Below are positions 40,320-49,373 of a DNA stretch of 64,000 nt, piece after piece. Source of the DNA: Gemmatimonas sp. (GTDB lineage Bacteria; Gemmatimonadota; Gemmatimonadetes; Gemmatimonadales; Gemmatimonadaceae); NCBI GenBank assembly GCA_965279375.1, contig OZ257156.1, positions 2,176,001 to 2,240,000 on the forward strand, given 5' to 3'. Below the pieces are notes generated by a model. It was not told where the DNA came from. It ran no database searches and saw nothing but the letters and a program-made list of their open reading frames with translations. Position 1 is the first letter of the stretch, and each line of letters starts with the position of its first letter. Position numbers and translations under genes: made by a program.

Positions 40320-40994
40320 ATGACTCAGGATCGCTCGAGCGATGAAATGATCGACCCCGGCACGGATAGCGTGCCGACGAGCGCGGAGTCGTTGGCGCGA
40401 CAGCTGTTGGCGCTGCTGCCGGTGCTCTGGGAGTCGCACGCGATGCGACGTCGCGTGATCGGCATCGCCGGCGAGTCCGGCAGCGGCAAGTCGGTCACCG
40501 CGGACACCCTGGCGCGGCTGAGCAACGCGGCAGGCGTGCGCACGATGGTGATCAATCAGGACAACTACTTCGTGCTGCCGCCGCGCACCAATCATGAGCA
40601 TCGCTGCGAAGATCTCGCGAACGTGGGACCGCACGAAGTGCAGATGTCACTGATCGCGGAGCACGTGCAGGCGTTCCGCATGCGGCGAAACGCCGTAGTC
40701 GCGCCGTTGGTGGATTATCCCGGCAATCGGTTCGTGACGCAGACGTACGATTTCGCCGACATCGAACTGCTGATCGTGGAAGGGACGTACGTGCTGCAAC
40801 TGCCCGATCTGGATACGCGGATTTTTCTCGAAGCGACACACGAGGAGACGGAGGAGCGTCGGCGGGCGCGGAACCGGGATATTGACGAGCCGATTGTGGC
40901 GCAGGTGCTGGCGATCGAGCATGAGATCATCGCGCAGCAGGCGGTGGTGGCGGACGTCCTGATCGATGCGACGTTCAGTATCGTGCGGGGCTGA
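40320..40994 (+). CDS. Uridine-kinase/phosphoribulokinase-like P-loop kinase
   Basis: IGIAGESGSGKS, QDNYF, IVEGTY, R..RNRD motifs. Real start is 10 bp after the upstream stop. Confidence 0.8.
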   Translation: MTQDRSSDEMIDPGTDSVPTSAESLARQLLALLPVLWESHAMRRRVIGIAGESGSGKSVTADTLARLSNAAGVRTMVINQDNYFVLPPRTNHEHRCEDLANVGPHEVQMSLIAEHVQAFRMRRNAVVAPLVDYPGNRFVTQTYDFADIELLIVEGTYVLQLPDLDTRIFLEATHEETEERRRARNRDIDEPIVAQVLAIEHEIIAQQAVVADVLIDATFSIVRG

Positions 40995-41023
40995 CGCGAC
41001 GCGGAGCACGCTACACCACTCCC

Positions 41024-41309
41024 GTCACCGGTTACGCAGTTCGCTCCACTCACGACTCACCACTCATGACTCGCGACCCGGAACAGAGGTGAGTCGTACT
41101 AGCCACGCGAGATGATGCACGCGGACGGTTGCGGTGTTTCCGGACGGCACGGAGGTCACCCGAAACCGAGGGCGGTTTCGGGTAACCGGTAGCCTGTTTT
41201 TCTCTCGCGAACTGACATCGCCCGGAACCGCAAACCCGACACAGCTCTGTTCCGGGTCGCGAGTGGTGGGTGGCCAGTCTTGAGTGGAGCGAACTGCGTG
41301 ACCGGTTAC
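41024..41309. repeat. ~286-bp palindromic element with ~65-bp imperfect terminal inverted repeats
   Basis: Arms 41024-41088 and 41245-41309 share ACGCAGTTCGCTCCACTCA and ACTCGCGACCCGGAACAGAG as reverse complements. Central hairpin ACCCGAAACCG/CGGTTTCGGGT. Confidence 0.88.
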
Positions 41310-41341
41310 CGAACCGCAAACAGCGTGACCGGTTACCCGAC

Positions 41342-43009
41342 TCAGTTCACTCGTGCGTTGCGGTGCAGTGCGATCGCACCGTTGGCTGGTACCGAAATCG
41401 TCGCTTCGCCCGTCGCGCTCACTACCACCGCGTTGCCGCTACAGGTTGCCGCACTCGCACCGCTCGCAGCAACGAAGCTGTCGCGCACCACATCGCAGTA
41501 GCGCCCCGAAGCGAGCAGCGTCGGCAACGTCGCCGTGACTGCACCCGCCGTGCGATTGAACGCGACGAAGCCCGCACCATCTCGGCAGAGCGCGATCCGA
41601 TTCGGATCGCCGTCGATACTCGCTGCGCTACGACCGCAACTCGAGAGTGGCGCGCCGACGGCGGCCTTACGAAACGCCACCATGTTGGCGATCGCCGGTC
41701 GGCGATGCTCGCAGATCCATATTCCTGACTGGACCACACCAAGCGTCACCGAACAGCGCGACGCACCGCTCGTTTCGAACGTGGACGCCGTGACGCCGAT
41801 GCCGGCAGAAGGCGGGCCCGCGTCGCGTCCACTCAACGTCGTGCGATCGAATCCGTAGCTCGACATCACGCTGGGATAACCCTGTGGGTGCGCGAGCATG
41901 AAGATGACCGCCAGTTCGTAGCTGGTACTGGCGTAGTACAGATTGTCGCCGCGCTGGTTGTCGTGGTTGTCCACGAAAACGACGCTCTTGTCGGACGGCA
42001 GCGAGCCGGGGGACTGCAACGTCAGCCCGTTGATCGTGCCGCCGTTGCGCCCGCTGAACGCATCCGTCAGCCGGTAGCCGTACTGGAAGTCGCTCACGTC
42101 CGCCACGCCGCCCGATGCATAGCCCACGCCATAGTACGGCGGTGGCGTGACCGCTTCACCGGCGTTGTTGATGATCTCGAGAAATACATACGGACGGCTA
42201 CGTCCCACCGAAGCGGCGGCCGCGTTCACTCGACTGAGTATCGCGTCGAGGTCGCGTGGAGCGACGTGCTTGGCGGCATCGATGCGGAATCCGGCTACGC
42301 CCAAGGCGTTGAGCGCGATGAGATAGTTGGCAATTGTCTCGCGCACCGTTGCGTCCTCGGTGCGGAGATCCGCGAGCCCAACCAGCTCGCAGTTCTGCAC
42401 CTGAAACGCGTTGCCGTAGCTCTCGATGCTGCAGGGCGAGTGAAAGTCGGCGATACCAAAGGGCGCCGCGGGATAGCTGTACTTCGTGTAGACGCTTCCC
42501 GCACTGCCGGTGCCGCTGCCAGCCGTCATGTGATTGATCACGACATCGGCATAGATCTCGACGCCCACGGCACGGCAGCGTGCCACCATGTCCGCCAGCT
42601 CTGCGGCTGTGCCTGAGCGCGAACGATCCAGCTTGTAGCTGACCGTCTGGTAGCGCTGCCACCACGGATAGAACGCGCCCCCGCTGGTGATGACGGCATG
42701 TTCGGACGGCGGTGAGATCTGCACTGCCTTGTAGCCCTTGGGGCCTAACCAGACTTCGCACTCGCGCGCGATGTCCGGCCAACGCCACTCCAACAGATGC
42801 ACGAACACATCGCCGGCCGCTGCACGACCGCTGGACCTGTAGTCCTGCGTCAATTCCGTCGGTGGTGTAACCGGCGGCAACACTGGGGGCGTCGGTGACG
42901 TCGGCGAGGCATCACTGCCACCGCTGCAGGACGTCACGAGGCAAACACTCACGGCGATCAGCGCCAAACGGATGCTAAGCCTCGCGGCGCCGCGCCAGCG
43001 AGCGATCAC
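41342..43009 (-). CDS. Alpha-amylase, GH13 (animal/actinomycete-like), lipoprotein
   Basis: HLLEW, WWQRYQ, DVVINH, GFRIDAAKH, FLEI, FVDNHD motifs; lipobox-like VTSC; C-domain YCDV. Confidence 0.92.
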   Translation of the reverse strand: MIARWRGAARLSIRLALIAVSVCLVTSCSGGSDASPTSPTPPVLPPVTPPTELTQDYRSSGRAAAGDVFVHLLEWRWPDIARECEVWLGPKGYKAVQISPPSEHAVITSGGAFYPWWQRYQTVSYKLDRSRSGTAAELADMVARCRAVGVEIYADVVINHMTAGSGTGSAGSVYTKYSYPAAPFGIADFHSPCSIESYGNAFQVQNCELVGLADLRTEDATVRETIANYLIALNALGVAGFRIDAAKHVAPRDLDAILSRVNAAAASVGRSRPYVFLEIINNAGEAVTPPPYYGVGYASGGVADVSDFQYGYRLTDAFSGRNGGTINGLTLQSPGSLPSDKSVVFVDNHDNQRGDNLYYASTSYELAVIFMLAHPQGYPSVMSSYGFDRTTLSGRDAGPPSAGIGVTASTFETSGASRCSVTLGVVQSGIWICEHRRPAIANMVAFRKAAVGAPLSSCGRSAASIDGDPNRIALCRDGAGFVAFNRTAGAVTATLPTLLASGRYCDVVRDSFVAASGASAATCSGNAVVVSATGEATISVPANGAIALHRNARVN

Positions 43010-44445
43010 GGTGCGGCCGCTGCACTACCGCCGCGGACGAGCACGCGGTAGCCGTGCCGGGGGATCGTAATCTGCTGCGTGGTCGCAAGCGTCAGCGATT
43101 GCTTGCCGAACCAGTCGGTGTACTCGCCGGGCGTCGGCAGGCCTACGTACTGCACCGTTGCATCGATGTTGCCGAAGTTCACGAACGCCACCACGCTGTT
43201 GCCGTCGCGCTTGCGCGTGAACGCAAAGATGCGCTCGCCGCCATCGGTGGTGAGAAGCGTTTGCTTGCCGCCCCACGGACCGTTCCACAGCGCGGGCTGT
43301 GTGTGCCGCAGCGCAAACAGCGATCCGTAGAAGTCCGCCAGCGACGGTCCGCTCCAGTCCACCGTATCCTTCTCGAAGAATCGCAGGCGCTTGGAGAGGC
43401 TCGCCTCCTGTCCGGTGTAGAGCAACGGCAACGAGTTCTGTGCCGTCGCGCTCAGCACGTACGCGGGCACGTGGTTCTCGCGCATGCGCTCGAACTCGGA
43501 GCCTTGCCAGCTGTTCTCGTCGTGATTGCTGGTGAAGTACAGCCGGTATGCACTGGAGGGGAACAACGAATCCTGTCGAGTGAAGTAGGCGCGCAGTTGC
43601 GTGGCGCCGACCTTCCCCTGCGCCACGTCGTTGAGCAGATGGTGCAACTCCCAACCGTACGTCGCATCGAACGACTCGTGCAGCGCGGGATCCTCCCACT
43701 CGGCCAGCATGAACAGATCGGGACGCGCCGCGCGCAGAGTGTCGGACACCTGCTTCCAGAAGTCGCGCGGCACGAGGCCCGCCATGTCGCAGCGGAAGCC
43801 GTCGATCGCCGTGTGTTCAAGCCACCAACGCATCTCGCCCAACATCGCCGCGCGCATCGGTTGGCTGTCGTAGTTGAGATCCGCGACGTCGGACCAGTCC
43901 GTTTCCTTGCCCTTGTCGTCGATCGCGCGCGAGATCGTGCCGTCCGCGCGCAGCGTGTACCAGTCCTTGTGTTCCTTGGTCCAGGCGTGATCGAACGCGG
44001 TGTGATTGGCGACCCAATCGAGGATCACCTTGAGCCCGAGCTTGTGTGCGGAGTCGACCAGCGCGACGAAGTCTGCCTCGGTTCCGAACTCCGGGTTGAA
44101 CGCCGTGTAGTTGGCGACGGAGTAGTAGCTCCCGAGTCCGCCCTTGCGATTGAGCTTGCCGATCGGCTGCACCGGCATCAGCCACAGGACGTCAACGCCC
44201 AGCGCTTTGAGTCGTGGGAGCTCCTTGGTGAACGCGGCGAACGTCCCCTCCGGTGTGTACTGCCGGATGTTCACCTCGTAGATGACTGCGTCCTTGGACC
44301 ATTCCGGATGCATGCCGCGATCAACCACGGATGCTGCAGGCGCCTGCTCCGTCCGTCCGCAGGCGGAGATCAGCAGCGGCGCGACGAGCAGAGACGCAAG
44401 CAGCAGCGCGACGCGACGAAGACGAGACGACAGGCGTGACATCAT
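43006..44445 (-). CDS. GH13 alpha-amylase-family lipoprotein
   Basis: YEVNIRQYT, DWVANH, GFRCDMA, LAEW, SNHDEN motifs; lipobox ISAC. Confidence 0.92.
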   Translation of the reverse strand: MMSRLSSRLRRVALLLASLLVAPLLISACGRTEQAPAASVVDRGMHPEWSKDAVIYEVNIRQYTPEGTFAAFTKELPRLKALGVDVLWLMPVQPIGKLNRKGGLGSYYSVANYTAFNPEFGTEADFVALVDSAHKLGLKVILDWVANHTAFDHAWTKEHKDWYTLRADGTISRAIDDKGKETDWSDVADLNYDSQPMRAAMLGEMRWWLEHTAIDGFRCDMAGLVPRDFWKQVSDTLRAARPDLFMLAEWEDPALHESFDATYGWELHHLLNDVAQGKVGATQLRAYFTRQDSLFPSSAYRLYFTSNHDENSWQGSEFERMRENHVPAYVLSATAQNSLPLLYTGQEASLSKRLRFFEKDTVDWSGPSLADFYGSLFALRHTQPALWNGPWGGKQTLLTTDGGERIFAFTRKRDGNSVVAFVNFGNIDATVQYVGLPTPGEYTDWFGKQSLTLATTQQITIPRHGYRVLVRGGSAAAAP

Positions 44446-44491
44446 CGATAGGGTGCTGAAGGGAAAGCCGAGTATCGACCATCGCGCCGGC

Positions 44492-47400
44492 TCAGTGCAG
44501 AGCGCGCAACACTTGCAGCGGGAGGTTGTTCCGTGCGACGAGCACCAGCGTGCCGCGCGATCCGTTGGCGAGCACGCGCATCTGCTTCACGTCGCCATCC
44601 AGATGCAGTCCACTGGTTGATTGATCGACGGCCGAGAAGCGACCGCCGCCAATGCCGCGCAGCAGCAATCCGTAGCTGGCATCGTAGCGCCCCTGAACGG
44701 GTGGCACGCGACTGAAATTCCCGCCGAGCAGCAGGTCGATGGTGCCGTCGCCGTCAAAGTCGCGTGCGACGATGGCGTGGGTCGGGGCGAACTGTGCTTC
44801 GACGGGGAGTGACTCGATGGTGAACGTGCCGCGCCCGCTGTTGCGCGCCACCACGCTGGCAAAGGTGCTCGCCTTGAACACGCTGGCCTTCGTGAGATCT
44901 TCTGCCGGAAAGATGTCGTCAACACGGCTGGCACCGAACGACGCGTACGTGAGGTACTTGGGGCGCAGCACGGGCAGCAACTTCACCAGTTCGTCGCGAC
45001 CAGCGAGCGGATAGCTGACGCCGTGCTTGTAGAAGGTCAGGATCTGCTCGAGCGTGCCGTTCTTGAGGAAGTCGTTGACGTATAGCTGCGCGGGCTCTTT
45101 CGCCGACGCCGTGATGTACGAATTGAGCCCGAGATTGCCCAGCACCAGATCGACATGTCCGTCGCCGTCGAGATCGGACGCGCTCACGGTATTCCACCAC
45201 CCTTCGGTGTTGGCGAGGCCCACGTCGGAGGTACGCTCGACCAGCTTGCCGCCTTCCTGGTGGAAGACGCGTACCGGCATCCACTCACCCACCACCACGA
45301 GATCGAGCTTGCCATCGCGGTCGTAGTCGAACCACGCGGCCGAGGTCACCATGCCCGCCGTACTCAGGGCGTTGGCAACCGTGCTGGTCACGTCGGTGAA
45401 CTTGCCGTGCCCGTCATTCTGCAGCAGGTGGCTCTTGGGAACCACGCCGTACTTGCCGGTGACCACGCGTGCGCCAACGAACAGATCGAGATGGCCATCG
45501 CCGTTGAAGTCGCCCGCCGACACCACCGATCCGTTCTCGAAGAACTCGGGGATCGCCGTGCGATCTCTGCTGAAGTGCCCTGCGCCATCGTTGAGATACA
45601 AGCGATCACGCAGAGCCTCGGCGTTGCCTGTGAACTCGTTGCCGCCGCTCACCACGTAGAGATCAGGCTTGCCGTCGCCGTTCGCGTCAAAGAACAGTGC
45701 GTCGGTGTCTTCGGATAGGCTGTCGGCCGCGAGCGCCGGCTCGAGTGCCGCGCGGAATCGGCCGTCCTTCTGCTGCAGCATCAGCGTGCCGGGCTGCCAC
45801 TTGGCGCCACCGAGGTACATATCATCCAGCCCATCACCATTCACGTCAGCGACCGCCAGCGCGGGTCCCTCGGCCGACAGAATGTGAGGCATCAACGGCT
45901 CGCGATCGAAGTCGTTGAACGAGTTCTCTTCGTGCTTGTATGTGAGACCGAAGGTGCTCGTGACGTCGTCGAATCGCGGTGTGGTGGTCGTGGCACCGGT
46001 GGCCGCAGAGAGGTTTGGCGCACGCAGGGCCGCGGCCATGAGCGCGGCGGCGCCTCGTGCGATGTTGCCTGGTATCGCCTGCTTCTGCGACACCGTGAGC
46101 GACGTGTTGAGCGGGACGTTGGTGAGCAGCTGCGTGCGGCGATCCGGCCAGATCACGATCAGCGAGTCGAGCGTGGGAGATGCTGACGTGTCCTTGCCGA
46201 ACCCGAAGTGCAGGCGCGGATCGACGGCGCTTTGGAAGCCGCGAGTTGGACTCTGTTCGAGCAGCTGCATCGTGCCGCGCTGCCGGGCGATCACACGCGC
46301 GCCGATGCCGGCCGTGTTGGCGCCGTCGCCAGCAAGCGTGACGGTGAGATACGAGTTGCCGTTACGCTCACGTGCTCGGTTGCGATAGATCGACGCGGGC
46401 GCGTTGATGTTGTTCGTCACCAGATCGAGCGCGCCGCTGTCGTTCAGGTCAACGTACGCTGCGCCGTTGGAGAAGCCTTTCTGTCCAACGCCCCAAGCGG
46501 TCGCCATGTCAGTAAAGCGCAGGTCGCCATTGTTGCGATACACATGATTGGCCACCGGCACCTGCGGCATCTGCTTGAGCAGGGAGAGGTTTTCCTGCGT
46601 GATCCCCTGCGCGAGCGACGCCTGCACGGTCGCGTTGCCCACGAAGTTGATGTAGTCGAGATCGTTGGGGCGACGCAGGATACCGCTGGTGATGAACAGA
46701 TCCTTCTGTCCATCGTTATCCAGGTCGGCGAAGAGCGTGGACCAGCTCCAGTCGGTGGCGTAGACGCCTGACAGATAGCCGATCTCGCTGAAACGGCCGT
46801 CGCCGCGATTGAGCTGCAGCGTGTTACGTGCGTACTGTGGGTGATAGCCCGCTTCGAGGCGCAGGTTGAACAGCGTCCACGACTCTGCATTGGCCGAACT
46901 CTTGAGCACATCCTCGCGCTCGGGCATCATGTCGGCCACAATGACGTCGGGACGGCCATCGTTGTTCATGTCGGCCGCATCGACGCCCATGGAGAAGCGA
47001 CTCGTGTGCCGCATCGAGGTCGTGATGCGCTCGGCGAAGGTCCCATCACAGTTGTTGTGATAGAGGAAATCGTTCTCCTGAAAGTCGTTGGCTACGTACA
47101 GGTCGACACAGCCGTCGCTGTCCAAGTCGCTCGCGACGACGCCCAAGCCAAAGCCTTCGATGCCGCCGTAGATGCCGGCCTTGGCGCTGACATCCACGAA
47201 GCGCCCGCGATCGTTGCGATACAGTCGGCCCCCGCCAAGCTTGCTCCGTACATCGCGCTTGAGCGCGGTGCCGATCGCGCGTTCCGTGTGCGTCGAGTGG
47301 CTGAGCAGGAAGAGGTCGAGGTCGCCGTCGTTGTCGTAGTCGAAGAAGGCGGCCTGCGTGGAGTAGCCCACGTGGTCCACGCCCATCTGCGCGCTGCGAT

Positions 47401-47953
47401 CGCTGAACGTGCCGTCACCGTTGTTGATGTAGAGCGCATTGCGCCCGTGCATCGTCAGGTAGCTCACCGCCGACACGTAGATGTCCACGCGACCGTCGCC
47501 GTTGACATCGGCCATCGTTACGCCGGTCTTCCATCCCTCCGGTCCACCAACGCCCGCCTTCTCCGTGATGTCCTCGAACTTGTAGTCGCCCTTGTTCAGA
47601 TAGAGCGCGTTCTTGCCGAGGTTGGAGGAGAAATAGAGATCGGGAAGGCCGTCCGCGTTGATGTCACCGACGGCGACGCCTCCGCCGTTGTAGTAGTAGA
47701 GATAGTTGAGAATGTTGAACTCGGGCGCTTCGGGCAGCGTGTTCGCGAAACGCACACCGCTGCTGGTCGGCGCCACGAGCTCGAAAAGCGGAGGACCCGA
47801 CGCCGCTGCCTCACTGCCGACGTTCGTTGCGTCGCCGGACGACGTTCCCGCTGATGTCGCCGACGGTGCTTCGCGCGCACAGCCCGCGAGCAGCAGCGCC
47901 GCCCCAAGCTGCGCGGCGGATCGAGCGACGGTACGTGCGCGCAGCGTGATCAC
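44492..47953 (-). CDS. FG-GAP/VCBS-repeat + ASPIC-UnbV (CRTAC1-like) lipoprotein
   Basis: Many D.NGDG..D repeats; central GIGARV...RGFQS..DPRLHFG.G UnbV motif; lipobox LAGC. Confidence 0.9.
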   Translation of the reverse strand: MITLRARTVARSAAQLGAALLLAGCAREAPSATSAGTSSGDATNVGSEAAASGPPLFELVAPTSSGVRFANTLPEAPEFNILNYLYYYNGGGVAVGDINADGLPDLYFSSNLGKNALYLNKGDYKFEDITEKAGVGGPEGWKTGVTMADVNGDGRVDIYVSAVSYLTMHGRNALYINNGDGTFSDRSAQMGVDHVGYSTQAAFFDYDNDGDLDLFLLSHSTHTERAIGTALKRDVRSKLGGGRLYRNDRGRFVDVSAKAGIYGGIEGFGLGVVASDLDSDGCVDLYVANDFQENDFLYHNNCDGTFAERITTSMRHTSRFSMGVDAADMNNDGRPDVIVADMMPEREDVLKSSANAESWTLFNLRLEAGYHPQYARNTLQLNRGDGRFSEIGYLSGVYATDWSWSTLFADLDNDGQKDLFITSGILRRPNDLDYINFVGNATVQASLAQGITQENLSLLKQMPQVPVANHVYRNNGDLRFTDMATAWGVGQKGFSNGAAYVDLNDSGALDLVTNNINAPASIYRNRARERNGNSYLTVTLAGDGANTAGIGARVIARQRGTMQLLEQSPTRGFQSAVDPRLHFGFGKDTSASPTLDSLIVIWPDRRTQLLTNVPLNTSLTVSQKQAIPGNIARGAAALMAAALRAPNLSAATGATTTTPRFDDVTSTFGLTYKHEENSFNDFDREPLMPHILSAEGPALAVADVNGDGLDDMYLGGAKWQPGTLMLQQKDGRFRAALEPALAADSLSEDTDALFFDANGDGKPDLYVVSGGNEFTGNAEALRDRLYLNDGAGHFSRDRTAIPEFFENGSVVSAGDFNGDGHLDLFVGARVVTGKYGVVPKSHLLQNDGHGKFTDVTSTVANALSTAGMVTSAAWFDYDRDGKLDLVVVGEWMPVRVFHQEGGKLVERTSDVGLANTEGWWNTVSASDLDGDGHVDLVLGNLGLNSYITASAKEPAQLYVNDFLKNGTLEQILTFYKHGVSYPLAGRDELVKLLPVLRPKYLTYASFGASRVDDIFPAEDLTKASVFKASTFASVVARNSGRGTFTIESLPVEAQFAPTHAIVARDFDGDGTIDLLLGGNFSRVPPVQGRYDASYGLLLRGIGGGRFSAVDQSTSGLHLDGDVKQMRVLANGSRGTLVLVARNNLPLQVLRALH

Positions 47954-47960
47954 CGATGGT

Positions 47961-49373
47961 TCACCGAGTCGAGACGCGAGTCGTCGGGTGTGTCATCAAG
48001 CGCTCGACGATGAGCGCACCCACGCGCCCGCCCTGACGCTGTCCCTGCTCGATCGCGCGACGGTAGTGAATGCCGCCGTACAGCCGACTGATGGCCGCTT
48101 CCTCTGCCGCCTGCTTGAACGACGTGAATGAGCGCACCGGCAACCCGTACTCGGCTTCCGTCGAATCGGCAAAGGCCACGGCATCGCCGTACTTCTCGGT
48201 CAGGACGGCGGCGGCGGCGGTGGAAATGACGCTGTGGCCGCTTGTGTACTCCGGGAATGGTGGCGTTTGCAGCAGCGGTTCCCACGCTTCGTCGAGATAC
48301 GTGTTGATCGTCGTCTCCGGGCGAATCACGTTCGTGGCGTACTTGGTCTCCCACACGCTGAGAAAGCCATCGGCGAGCGCCAGCGCCGTGCGTGCATATG
48401 CATCGGCGGCATCGAGCATGCTCGACTTCTTGTCACGTGCGACAATGCTGACGATGCCCATCCAGTGACCACCCGGCGTCACCTTCTTGGTGGCGAACAT
48501 GGTGTGTCCTTGCACGTGCATCACGTATGGATTGCAGTCCCAGAACGCGGCGATGTTGCGCTGCTCCTGCGTCAGGCTCTTGCCGACGGCGTGCACTTCC
48601 AGCATTTCCGTCCAGAACGGCGACCCCTTCTTCGGGTCGAATTTGTACGGCGGATCCGCTCGGAACTGACTCGCGGAATCGAGAATGAATGGGCGCAACT
48701 TCCCCCAGTTGGGCTCGATCGCGTCCATGTACGCCGGCGGCGTGGGAATCCACCGTCCCGGTTCCTTGGTGACGGTGTACTTGGGCATCCCGCGCATCTC
48801 CTTGTAGTTGTCCTTCGACGCCCACGCGAGAATGTGCTTGGCCACCGTGTCGCCATACGCGACGGACCGTGCGAACACCTCGTCGGACAGCCCGCTCTGC
48901 TTGAACTGCTCGTCCAGCGTTCGGCGCAACGTGTCCATGCGCGCACGCGAGAAGGTGAGCTGCGTTCCGACGGTCATGAGCGCGTGGACGCCGGCGAGCT
49001 CCAGCGAGTACTCCGCGCCCGCTTCCCGCGCAGGCACCGGCGTCAGTCCACGCAACTGACCAGCCAGCGATCGATAGCTCGTATCGCCCTGTCGCAACAC
49101 CTCGTACGCGGCCACGCTGCTGTACGCGTACACGCGACTCGCTTGTGGCGGGCTGAAGATGTCGTACACGATCACACTGGTCAGGTCATGCACGGCGGTG
49201 TGCAATGCTTCCACGTTCGCCGGAGAGTTGGCGGTGCTGCCCGTCGTGGAGGAGGTGCCAGACGACTTGCCTGAAGACGTGCCCGCAGACTTTCCGGCGT
49301 CGCTGCATCGAAGGTAGACCACCGGCACCGCAAGGACGACAACGGCTGAGAGCAGGATCGATTTCAGCTTCAT
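47961..49373 (-). CDS. Vanadium-dependent haloperoxidase / PAP2-superfamily protein, exported
   Basis: K-x6-RP (KYATNVIRP), PPFPEYTSGHS, SRLYGGIHY motifs; N-terminal signal followed by a Ser/Gly/Thr linker. Confidence 0.88.
   Translation of the reverse strand: MKLKSILLSAVVVLAVPVVYLRCSDAGKSAGTSSGKSSGTSSTTGSTANSPANVEALHTAVHDLTSVIVYDIFSPPQASRVYAYSSVAAYEVLRQGDTSYRSLAGQLRGLTPVPAREAGAEYSLELAGVHALMTVGTQLTFSRARMDTLRRTLDEQFKQSGLSDEVFARSVAYGDTVAKHILAWASKDNYKEMRGMPKYTVTKEPGRWIPTPPAYMDAIEPNWGKLRPFILDSASQFRADPPYKFDPKKGSPFWTEMLEVHAVGKSLTQEQRNIAAFWDCNPYVMHVQGHTMFATKKVTPGGHWMGIVSIVARDKKSSMLDAADAYARTALALADGFLSVWETKYATNVIRPETTINTYLDEAWEPLLQTPPFPEYTSGHSVISTAAAAVLTEKYGDAVAFADSTEAEYGLPVRSFTSFKQAAEEAAISRLYGGIHYRRAIEQGQRQGGRVGALIVERLMTHPTTRVSTR

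Noticed and set aside
41024..41340. CRISPR array or IS element
   Set aside because: Repeats are inverted rather than regularly spaced direct repeats; no cas or transposase gene is present.
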